A program made the position numbers and the translations under genes. The notes beneath the pieces were generated by a model, which worked only from the letters and a program-made list of their open reading frames with translations, had not been told where the DNA came from and did not search any database. A stretch of DNA of 64,000 nt, taken from NCBI GenBank assembly GCA_035293405.1, contig DATDOE010000113.1, positions 28,263-92,262 of the forward strand. The letters run 5' to 3'. This document shows, piece after piece, positions 34,822 through 42,946 of the stretch. This stretch comes from Vicinamibacterales bacterium (GTDB lineage: Bacteria > Acidobacteriota > Vicinamibacteria > Vicinamibacterales > UBA2999). The stretch's first letter is position 1, and each line of letters begins with the position of its first letter.

Positions 34822-35544
34822 ATGACCGCCACTCCCAGGGTTGCCGCGAAGACGGTGCTCGTCGCTGACGACACCGCGTTCGTGCGAGACCGCTTCAAGG
34901 TGGCGATCGAGGGTGCGGGTCACAAGGCCGTGACCGTCCAGAACGGCCCAGAACTGCTCGTCCAGGTCCGGTTGACCAGGGCCGCGATCGACCTCATCGT
35001 ACTGGACCTTCGCCTGCCGCAAGGAAACGGCGTGGCTCTGCTGCGTGCGATCCGCAAGATCGACCAGGAGCATCCGCCGATCATGGTCTTCAGCGGAACG
35101 ATCGCCAGCGCGGATGAGGTTCGTGCGCTGGGCACTCTTGGCGTCCGCGGCTACGTGAACGAGTACATGTCGGTCCAGCACATCGTCCCGTCACTCGTGC
35201 CGCATCTCTTTCCCGACAACTCCAACCGGCGGTCGAGCCCGCGCGTGGTGCTGGGGATTCCGGTGGCCTATCGCTTCGGCAACACCATCGCCGCCGCGCT
35301 CACGCTCAACATCAGCCGCGGCGGCCTCGCCATTCGGACGACCAGTCCTCTGGCAGTCGGCACGGCGGTCAAGGTCCGCTTTCGTCTGCCTACCGGCAAG
35401 AGAGAGATCGATACCGAGGCGCTGATCGCCTGGACCGATCGCCGCGTGGGCATGGGACTCCAGTTCACCAAGCTGGCCGCGCCTGATCAGGCCACGATCG
35501 ACGACTACATCCAGGGCCACTTCTTCTCGAACCGGAAAGCGTAG
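34822..35544 (+). CDS. response-regulator receiver domain fused to PilZ domain
   Basis: REC region 'KTVLVADD...IDLIVLDLRLPQGNG'. PilZ region 'RRSSPRV...NISRGGLAI'. Confidence 0.85.
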   Translation: MTATPRVAAKTVLVADDTAFVRDRFKVAIEGAGHKAVTVQNGPELLVQVRLTRAAIDLIVLDLRLPQGNGVALLRAIRKIDQEHPPIMVFSGTIASADEVRALGTLGVRGYVNEYMSVQHIVPSLVPHLFPDNSNRRSSPRVVLGIPVAYRFGNTIAAALTLNISRGGLAIRTTSPLAVGTAVKVRFRLPTGKREIDTEALIAWTDRRVGMGLQFTKLAAPDQATIDDYIQGHFFSNRKA

Positions 35545-35626
35545 GCCCGTCCGCGGGCCGTAGGGCGGGTCTTGCTCGTCAGACCCGCCTGGCCAGCCGG
35601 GTCCACAGAACAGGACCCGGCCTACG
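35540..35626. repeat. composite REP-like element bounded by CGTAGG/CCTACG
   Basis: Contains GGGCGGGTCT-tgctcgtc-AGACCCGCC and CCGGGTCC-acagaaca-GGACCCGG. Confidence 0.85.
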
Positions 35627-35637
35627 CTCTCTGATTT

Positions 35638-37773
35638 CTAACGGGCGCGGAGCAGGCGCAGCGCATTCGCCACGACGATGACCGACGCGCCCGTATCGGC
35701 GAGGACAGCCATCCACAGCGTGGCCGAGCCGGTGATGGCCAGCACCAGAAACGCCGCCTTGAGCAGGAGTGAGACGACGACGTTCGTCTTGACGTTGCGG
35801 ACGGTGGCACGCGACAGGCGCAGCGCGTACGGGATCTTCAAGAGCTCGTCGGACATGAGCGCGACGTCGGCAGTCTCGAGCGCCGCGTCCGATCCGGCGG
35901 CGCCCATCGCCACGCCCACGTCGGCCGCCGCAAGCGCCGGCGCGTCGTTGACGCCGTCCCCGACCATCATCACGGCACCGTTCGGCCCACGCATCGCCAG
36001 GACGCGCGCGTGCTTCTGCTCCGGCAGCAACCCGGAATGGTGCTCGTCCAGAGAGAGCGCGGCCGCAACCGCACTCGCGCTCTCGGCGTGATCACCGGTG
36101 AGCATGGCGACATGCCGGACGCCGTGCGAACGCAGCAGCTCGATCGTTTCGGCCGCGGTCTCGCGAAGCGGATCGGCCACGGCGATTGCGCCGAGCAGCA
36201 CGCGATCGACAGCCACGAACACGAGCGAATGACCCGCGCGCCGAAGAGCGGCCCGATCGAGCTCCTGAGGAATCACGACACTGCGCGAGGCGAGAAGCGC
36301 CTCGTTGCCGATCACGACGGATCGACCATCCACGATCGCCTCGGCACCCATTCCCGGCGCCGAGATGAACGAGGTGACCGCCGGAATGTCGAGGCTCGCT
36401 CGACGGGCGTGGTCGGTGATCGCTCGGGCTATGGGATGCTCGGAGCGCGTCTCCGCGGCGGCGGCATAGCGCAGTACGTCCGCCGAAGACGCCGTGCCGA
36501 CGGGAATCACTTCGCTGACACGAGGCTCACCCCGCGTCAACGTTCCGGTCTTGTCGAACACCACCACACGCACCGCCGCCAGACGCTCCAGATGGGCGCC
36601 GCCTTTGATGAGCACACCGTTGCGGGCGGCGGCCGACAGCGCCGCCACGATGGACACCGGCGTCGAGATGACCAGCGCGCACGGGCACGAGATGACCAGC
36701 AGTACGAGGGACCGGTACAGCCAGGTCGGCACATCGCCACCGGCAACGAGCGGCGGGACGATGGCAACCAGTGCTGCCAATCCGATCACGGCCGGCGTGT
36801 AGATGCGCGCGAAGCGATCGACGAATGACTGCACCGGCGCACGTTTGGATTGTGCCGCCTCGACCAGGTGAATGATGCGCGCCAGGCGCGTGTCCGGGCC
36901 AATGCGCGACACCTGGAGCTCGAGTGCTCCCCGCCCGTTGATCGTGCCGGCGTAGACCTCGTCGCCAGGCTCTTTGTCGACGGGCAGCGATTCGCCGGTC
37001 ATCGGCGCTTCGTTCACGTCGCTGTGCCCAGCCACGATGCGCCCATCCAGCGGCACTTTGTCCCCTGGCCGGACGATGACGATGTCCCCCACGGCAATCG
37101 CCTCGACCGGCAACCGGACTTCCCGGCCGTCTCGCTTGACGATGGCATCACGAGGGGTGAGATCGACAAGCGCCCGAATCGCCTGTCGCGCACGCTCGAG
37201 GGTCCGCGCCTCGAGCCACTGCGCCAGCGCAAATAGAAAGACGACACTCGCGGCCTCGAGCCATTCGCCGAGGGCGAGGGCACCGGCGACGGCGATGACC
37301 ATCAGCACGTTGATGTCGACGGTCCCCGTCCGGAGGGCGGTAACCGCGCGGCGGGCGGGAAAGACGCCGCCGACGAGGGCACCGGCCACGAAGGACAGGG
37401 CCGCGGTCAGGGGGTGCGCGAGGGCACTGGAGACAAGACCCGCCGTCAGGGCGGCACCCGAGGCCACGGTCAGCCAGAGCCGGGCGCGCACGTCGGGGCC
37501 GGACGCGCGGGGTTCCTCATGCTCGAGCCACATGCGCATGCCGGTCTGCCCAACCGCGTCGACCATGGCGGCCGTGGTCAGCTTTGCCGCGTCATATTTC
37601 ACGTGCAGCCGCTGCCCGATGACGTCGGCGGCCACAGCTTCCATGCCGGTCAAAGGCTTCAACCGACGCTCCAGGATGACCACTTCCTCGTGGCAATCCA
37701 TGCCTTCCACGCGGAAGACGGCTTCCGCATGGAGCTCGCACGTCGGGCACGCGACCTTGGCTGGAGTGGCCAT
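35638..37773 (-). CDS. P1B-type heavy-metal (Zn/Cd/Pb-type) translocating ATPase
   Basis: N-terminal HMA-like 'FRVEGMDCHEEV', TM 'SCPCALV' (CPC), 'FDKTGTLT', 'MVGDGVNDAPAL'. Confidence 0.93.
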   Translation of the reverse strand: MATPAKVACPTCELHAEAVFRVEGMDCHEEVVILERRLKPLTGMEAVAADVIGQRLHVKYDAAKLTTAAMVDAVGQTGMRMWLEHEEPRASGPDVRARLWLTVASGAALTAGLVSSALAHPLTAALSFVAGALVGGVFPARRAVTALRTGTVDINVLMVIAVAGALALGEWLEAASVVFLFALAQWLEARTLERARQAIRALVDLTPRDAIVKRDGREVRLPVEAIAVGDIVIVRPGDKVPLDGRIVAGHSDVNEAPMTGESLPVDKEPGDEVYAGTINGRGALELQVSRIGPDTRLARIIHLVEAAQSKRAPVQSFVDRFARIYTPAVIGLAALVAIVPPLVAGGDVPTWLYRSLVLLVISCPCALVISTPVSIVAALSAAARNGVLIKGGAHLERLAAVRVVVFDKTGTLTRGEPRVSEVIPVGTASSADVLRYAAAAETRSEHPIARAITDHARRASLDIPAVTSFISAPGMGAEAIVDGRSVVIGNEALLASRSVVIPQELDRAALRRAGHSLVFVAVDRVLLGAIAVADPLRETAAETIELLRSHGVRHVAMLTGDHAESASAVAAALSLDEHHSGLLPEQKHARVLAMRGPNGAVMMVGDGVNDAPALAAADVGVAMGAAGSDAALETADVALMSDELLKIPYALRLSRATVRNVKTNVVVSLLLKAAFLVLAITGSATLWMAVLADTGASVIVVANALRLLRAR

Positions 37774-37783
37774 GACGGGCGGC

Positions 37784-38083
37784 TTACCGGCCGGCCTCCT
37801 GGACGTGCCTCAGGCCCTGGCGAAACAATGCCAGCACGTGCTTGTCGTCGAGGGCGTAGAAGATCATGCGCCCCTCTCGCCGGGCGCGGACGATGCGGGT
37901 GTTGCGCAGCAGGCGGAGTTGATGCGAAACCGCGGATTCGGTGACCGAGAGCTGACTCGCCAGATCACCGACACAGAGCTCGGACCGCGACAGGGCGTCG
38001 AGAATGCGGACGCGCGTCGGGTCACCGAGCACCCGGAAGATTTCGGTCAGGCCGTCGACGACGTGGGCGTCAAGTTGTGACAT
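37784..38083 (-). CDS. ArsR/SmtB-family metal-responsive repressor
   Basis: 99 aa. 'LGDPTRVRILDAL...ELCVGDLA...SAVSHQLRLLR'. Directly upstream of the ATPase. Confidence 0.9.
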   Translation of the reverse strand: MSQLDAHVVDGLTEIFRVLGDPTRVRILDALSRSELCVGDLASQLSVTESAVSHQLRLLRNTRIVRARREGRMIFYALDDKHVLALFRQGLRHVQEAGR

Positions 38084-38102
38084 ATGAACAACTGTTCATA
38101 TG
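38081..38102. promoter_or_regulatory. ArsR/SmtB-type operator (10-2-10 inverted repeat)
   Basis: 'CATATGAACA ac TGTTCATATG' has perfect 10-bp arms. The TGAACA/TGTTCA core is typical of SmtB/CzrA-type operators. It includes the repressor's own ATG. Confidence 0.7.
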
Positions 38103-38211
38103 TTAACACAATGACTTGCCGATCCCGGCAGCCTTCACGTACTATCGCCGGTTGTGCACCCAGAAGACGTGCCCGCTCTATTAATGACCCGTTAATGATG
38201 GAGGAACCGCG

Positions 38212-39183
38212 GTGATTGAAGTCCAGCATCTCACCAAGCGATACGGTCCGGTGACCGCCGTCGACGACGTCAGCTTCAAGGCTGAGCGCGGGGAGATTCT
38301 CGGGTTCCTCGGGCCCAACGGCGCCGGCAAGACCACCACGATGCGGGTGCTGACCGGCTACATGCCGCCGACCGACGGCAAGGCCATCGTCGCCGGCTAC
38401 GACGTGCTCGAACAGCCGATCGAGGCCAAGCGCCGCACCGGCTATCTGCCCGAGACGCCTCCGCTCTATCCCGACATGACCGTGATCGACTACCTGAGCT
38501 TCTGCGCCCGCATCAAGGGCGTGCCGCGCGCGGAGCGGACGGCGCGGGTGAAAGCCACGATGGAGCGGACGCGTATTGCCGATATGGCCAGGCGCCACTG
38601 CGGAAAGCTGTCCAAGGGGTACCGTCAACGAGTCGGGCTGGCGCAGGCCCTTCTGCACAACCCCGACGTCCTCATTCTCGACGAGCCGACGGCGGGGCTC
38701 GACCCGAAACAGATCATCGAGACCCGACGCCTGATCAAGGAGCTCGGCGGCGACCACACGGTCATCCTGAGCACGCACATCCTGCCCGAAGTCAGCCAGA
38801 CCTGCCATCGTGTGGTCATCATCAACAAAGGACACGTCGTGGCGGTCGATACTCCCGAGAATCTCACGGCGCGACTTGGAGGATCGGGAGCGCTCTATAT
38901 CGAGGTCGACAGCATGGGCGCCGATGCCGGCACGGTTCTCGGTGCCATTCCGGGTGTCACCAGCGTCGCTGTGTCGCAGGCCCGCGGCACCATCTCAGGG
39001 TACGAGGTGGCCGCTGAGGCGGGCCGCGACGTGCGCCGCGAGCTCGCGTCCACCGTGGTCGGCCGCGGCTGGGGCCTGCTCGAGCTGCGGCCCGTGCGTA
39101 TGAGTCTGGAAGAGATCTTCCTGACCTTGACCACCGAAGACGCTGCGGCCTCTGACGCCGCGGGGGAGGCCGCCCATGAATAA
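38212..39183 (+). CDS. ABC transporter ATP-binding protein (ABC-2/GldA-like)
   Basis: Walker A 'GPNGAGKTT', signature 'LSKGYRQRV', Walker B 'ILILDEPT'. GTG start preceded by GGAGGA. Confidence 0.9.
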   Translation: MIEVQHLTKRYGPVTAVDDVSFKAERGEILGFLGPNGAGKTTTMRVLTGYMPPTDGKAIVAGYDVLEQPIEAKRRTGYLPETPPLYPDMTVIDYLSFCARIKGVPRAERTARVKATMERTRIADMARRHCGKLSKGYRQRVGLAQALLHNPDVLILDEPTAGLDPKQIIETRRLIKELGGDHTVILSTHILPEVSQTCHRVVIINKGHVVAVDTPENLTARLGGSGALYIEVDSMGADAGTVLGAIPGVTSVAVSQARGTISGYEVAAEAGRDVRRELASTVVGRGWGLLELRPVRMSLEEIFLTLTTEDAAASDAAGEAAHE

Positions 39184-39946
39184 CATCCTCGCCATCGCGC
39201 AGAAAGAGTTGAAAGGGTACTTCGCGTCGCCGATCGCCTACGTGGTGATCGGCCTGTATGTCTTGCCGTTCGGCTTGATGTTCTATTCGATCGTCTCCTA
39301 CTTCGATCGACAGAGCATGCAGATGGCGAGCATGGGCGCGGGCGTGCCACCGGTCAACATCAACGAGCAGCTCATTCGTCCGGCATTCTTGAACGTCATG
39401 GTCATTTTCCTGTTCGTGCTGCCGATGATCACCATGCGGACCTACTCGGAGGAAAAGCGCTCGGGCACGATCGAGCTGCTGCTGACCTCCCCGCTCACGG
39501 ACTTCCAGATCATCATGGGCAAGTTCCTGGGCGCGATGGGTCTGTACACCGCGATGCTGGCCGTCACGCTCGTGCACGTCGGCCTGCTCTTCTGGGTGGG
39601 CAACCCGGAGTGGATTCCGATCGTCACCACCTATCTCGGCCTCCTGTTGATGGGCGGCTGCTTCATCTCGGTCGGCCTGCTCATCTCGAGTCTCACGAAA
39701 AACCAGATCGTGGCCGTCATGGGGACGTTCACCGTGTTCCTGATGCTGTGGGTGATCAACTGGATCGCCTCGTTCATGGGCCCGACGGCACAGGCGGTGC
39801 TGAACTACCTGTCGATCACCGATCACCTCGACGACTTCACCAGGGGCGTCATCGACACCAAGCACCTCGTCTACTACTTCAGCTTCATCGCCTTCGGCCT
39901 GTTCCTCACGGCCCGGTCGGTGGATACCGAAAGGTGGAGGGGCTGA
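39176..39946 (+). CDS. ABC-2 type permease (GldF-like)
   Basis: Six predicted TM helices and 'EEKRSGTIELLLTSPL'. 8-nt overlap with the ATPase gene. Confidence 0.85.
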   Translation: MNNILAIAQKELKGYFASPIAYVVIGLYVLPFGLMFYSIVSYFDRQSMQMASMGAGVPPVNINEQLIRPAFLNVMVIFLFVLPMITMRTYSEEKRSGTIELLLTSPLTDFQIIMGKFLGAMGLYTAMLAVTLVHVGLLFWVGNPEWIPIVTTYLGLLLMGGCFISVGLLISSLTKNQIVAVMGTFTVFLMLWVINWIASFMGPTAQAVLNYLSITDHLDDFTRGVIDTKHLVYYFSFIAFGLFLTARSVDTERWRG

Positions 39947-39948
39947 GT

Positions 39949-41526
39949 ATGGTGCAGCGGATTCTCGGCATCCTCAGTTGGGTCGGCGTCGCCCTGGTCT
40001 TCGGGGCGCTCGGGGTGAGGTTCGTCAAGCCGGAGTGGGATCAGTACGCGATCTATGCCGCCTGGGCAGGGCTCGCGCTCGTCCTGCTCTACACCATCGG
40101 ACAGTGGCGTGAGATCGTCGCCCACTTCCAGCGGCGGAACACCCGCTACGGCACGATCGCCAGCGTCAGCGTGATCGTCGTGCTCGGCATCGTGGTTGCC
40201 GCGAACTATCTGTCCGTGCGCCGCAACAAGCGGTGGGACCTGACGGAGAACAGGCAATACAGCCTTTCGGATCAGTCCACGAAGCTGTTGCAGGGCCTCC
40301 AGTCGCCGGTGAAGTTCATCGTCTTCGATCAGGATGTGAACTTCGACCGCTTCAGATCGCGGCTCGGCGCCTATCAATACGGCTCGGACAGAGTCGCGAT
40401 CGAGTACATCGACCCGGAGAAGGATCCCTCGAAGGCCGGCCCGTACAAGATCGAGGCGATCCCCACGATCGTGATCGAGTACATGGGCCGGACGCAGCGC
40501 TCGAACACGGACACCGAGCAGGATCTGACGAACGCGCTCATCAAACTGATCAATCCCCAGGAACGGAAGATCTACTTCCTCAGCGGGCATGGCGAGAAGG
40601 ATCCGGCCAACTCGGAGCGCACCGGCTACAGCGGGATCGCAGACGCGCTGAAGCAGGACAACTACCAGTTCGACAAGCTGGTGCTGGCGCAGACCAACGA
40701 GATTCCCAAGGACGCGAGCGTGCTCGTGATCGCCGGGCCGAAAACCGATCTGCTCGAATCGGAGGTGCCGATCCTCACGGAGTACCTGACGTCGCGCACG
40801 GGCAAGCTCCTCGTACTGCTGGACCCGACCGAAGACTTCAAGCCCGTGCCCATGCCGCGCATTATGGGACTGCTGAACGAATGGGGCATCAAAGCGACCG
40901 AGTCGGTGGTCGTCGATCTGAGCGGCCTCACACAGGTGGCCACGGTGCCCGTGGCGGGTCCACCGTACCCGGAGCACGCGATCACCAGGAACTTCGCGCT
41001 CTTCACGATGTTCCCGATGGCGCGTGCCATAACCGCGGAAACGGCCCCTCAGAAGCGGTCCGGTCAGACGTTCCTGCAGACGGCGCAGCGTAGCTGGGGG
41101 GAGATGTCGCTCGACGCACTCGCGAAGAGCCAGGCCACGCCTGAACCGGAGAAGGGCGACGTCCCTGGACCGGTGTCGATTGGCGTCGCCACGGCGGTGC
41201 CGGCGCCCACACCGGAGCCCGCGGCCAGCACGCAGAAGCCGGCGGACGAGGCGCCGAAGCCCGAAACACGTGTCGCGGCCATCGGCGACTCCGACTTCGC
41301 CGCCAACAACTACCTCGGCGTCCAGGGCAACCGCGATCTGTTCATGAACACGATGAACTGGCTGGCGCAGCAGGAAAACCTGATCGCCATCCGGCCACGC
41401 GACGCCTCCGACCGGCGGCTCACGCTCACTGCGAACAAGACTGCCGCCATCTTCTGGATGTCCATCTTCATCATCCCGGCGGCCGTCCTCAGTGCCGGCG
41501 CCTACACCTGGTGGCGGAGGCGATAG
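39949..41526 (+). CDS. GldG-like ABC-transporter auxiliary protein
   Basis: The ATG at 39949 gives 'MVQRILGILSWVG'. 'RWDLTENRQYSLSDQS' and a C-terminal TM. Follows the ABC-2 permease. Confidence 0.8.
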   Translation: MVQRILGILSWVGVALVFGALGVRFVKPEWDQYAIYAAWAGLALVLLYTIGQWREIVAHFQRRNTRYGTIASVSVIVVLGIVVAANYLSVRRNKRWDLTENRQYSLSDQSTKLLQGLQSPVKFIVFDQDVNFDRFRSRLGAYQYGSDRVAIEYIDPEKDPSKAGPYKIEAIPTIVIEYMGRTQRSNTDTEQDLTNALIKLINPQERKIYFLSGHGEKDPANSERTGYSGIADALKQDNYQFDKLVLAQTNEIPKDASVLVIAGPKTDLLESEVPILTEYLTSRTGKLLVLLDPTEDFKPVPMPRIMGLLNEWGIKATESVVVDLSGLTQVATVPVAGPPYPEHAITRNFALFTMFPMARAITAETAPQKRSGQTFLQTAQRSWGEMSLDALAKSQATPEPEKGDVPGPVSIGVATAVPAPTPEPAASTQKPADEAPKPETRVAAIGDSDFAANNYLGVQGNRDLFMNTMNWLAQQENLIAIRPRDASDRRLTLTANKTAAIFWMSIFIIPAAVLSAGAYTWWRRR

Positions 41527-41528
41527 CC

Positions 41529-42848
41529 ATGCGCGGGCTGTGGTCCACTCTCGGCATGGTCGTCGTGCTGGCCGGCCTGGTCGGCTACATCTACTTCGTC
41601 GATTCGAAAGGCGAACCAGGTACGCCCGAGGCCAAGGAGAAGGTTTTCGGCGGCACTCTCTCGACGACCGACATCGAAGAGGTGCAGATCACGCTGGCGA
41701 GCGGCGAGAACAGCCGTCTCCAGAAGATCGACGGCACCTGGCGACTCGTGGCGCCCTCTCCGGCGCCCGCCGACGAGAGCGAGTTGACGTCGATCACGAG
41801 CGGGCTCGCGTCCCTCGAGATGCAGCGCGTGGTCGCCGAGAACGCGAGCGACATGAAGCAGTACGGTCTCGACCCGCCCCGCGTCGACGTGTCCTTCAGG
41901 AGCAAAGGGCAGAAAGAGCTGCGACGAATCGCACTCGGCACGAAGACGCCGACCAGCGGAGACATGTACGCGCGCATTCCCGATCAGCAACGTGTGTTCC
42001 TGGTCTCGTCCTTCCTCGATACGACCCTCAACAAGACGCCGTTCGCGCTGCGCGACAAGACGATCCTGAAATTCGATCGCGAGAAGGTCGATGGCCTCGA
42101 GCTCGCTGCCGGGTCGACGGTCATTCAGCTGGCCAAGCGCGGGCAGGACTGGACGATCGTCAAACCGTTTGCCGCACGCGCGGAGTATGCGGCCGTCGAA
42201 GGCTCGCTCGAGCGACTCGGCTCCGCGCAGATGGTCGGGATCGTCGAGCCAGAAGCCACCGACCTCGCGAAGTACGGGCTGGACAAGCCTGCCGTGACGA
42301 TGACTGTGGCGACGGGCAGCTCGCGCGCGTCGTTGACGCTCGGCAAGACCGACAATGCGCTGGTATTCGCGAAGGACTCGTCGCGACCGATGGTGTTCAC
42401 CGTCGCGCCGACGCTGCGAGAGGACGTCTTCAAGCTGGGCTCGGAGTTCCGCCGCAAGGATCTGTTCGACGGGCGTTCGTTTACGGCCAATCGCGTCGAG
42501 CTCCGGCGCGGCAGTGAAACGATCGTGCTGGACAAGAGCAAGGGCAAGGACGGGAAAGACGTCTGGCGCAACGGGGCCGGCAAGGATGTCGAGGCCATGA
42601 AGGCCGACGACCTGCTGACGAAGCTGACCGGCCTTCGCGCCTCGTCATTCGAAGACCAGCCGCACGCATCGCTCAAGATGCCCGCGCTCGTCGTCACTCT
42701 GCGGTTCAACGACAACCGGATGGAGACGGTGACCTTCGGCCGTGCGGGAACCGATGCGTTCGCCAGCCGCGCGGACGAAACCGGATCGGCGACGATCGAA
42801 GGACCCGGGCTCGACGAGGCGATGAAGGCACTCGATGCCGTAAAGTAA
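41529..42848 (+). CDS. DUF4340-like protein
   Basis: N-terminal TM 'LWSTLGMVVVLAGLVGYIYF' followed by repeated beta-rich modules. This is the position normally held by DUF4340 after GldG-like genes. Confidence 0.7.
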   Translation: MRGLWSTLGMVVVLAGLVGYIYFVDSKGEPGTPEAKEKVFGGTLSTTDIEEVQITLASGENSRLQKIDGTWRLVAPSPAPADESELTSITSGLASLEMQRVVAENASDMKQYGLDPPRVDVSFRSKGQKELRRIALGTKTPTSGDMYARIPDQQRVFLVSSFLDTTLNKTPFALRDKTILKFDREKVDGLELAAGSTVIQLAKRGQDWTIVKPFAARAEYAAVEGSLERLGSAQMVGIVEPEATDLAKYGLDKPAVTMTVATGSSRASLTLGKTDNALVFAKDSSRPMVFTVAPTLREDVFKLGSEFRRKDLFDGRSFTANRVELRRGSETIVLDKSKGKDGKDVWRNGAGKDVEAMKADDLLTKLTGLRASSFEDQPHASLKMPALVVTLRFNDNRMETVTFGRAGTDAFASRADETGSATIEGPGLDEAMKALDAVK

Positions 42849-42946
42849 TGCAAGATTCAAAATGCAAAATGCAAAACGTCAACGTGCAGGCGTCGCGTCG
42901 CCGCGATGGCATGCCGTGTTTGCATTTTGCATTTTGCATTTCGCAT
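42848..42946. repeat. heptamer-array inverted repeat, ATGCAAA flavour (4+4 units)
   Basis: Left: atgcaag attcaaa atgcaaa atgcaaa (42848-42875). Right: tttgcat x3, then ttcgcat (42919-42946). 43-nt G+C-rich spacer. Confidence 0.9.

Noticed and set aside
38047-39865. Minus-strand ORFs of 262 and 302 aa
   Set aside because: They are antisense to the ABC ATPase and permease genes and have no motifs.
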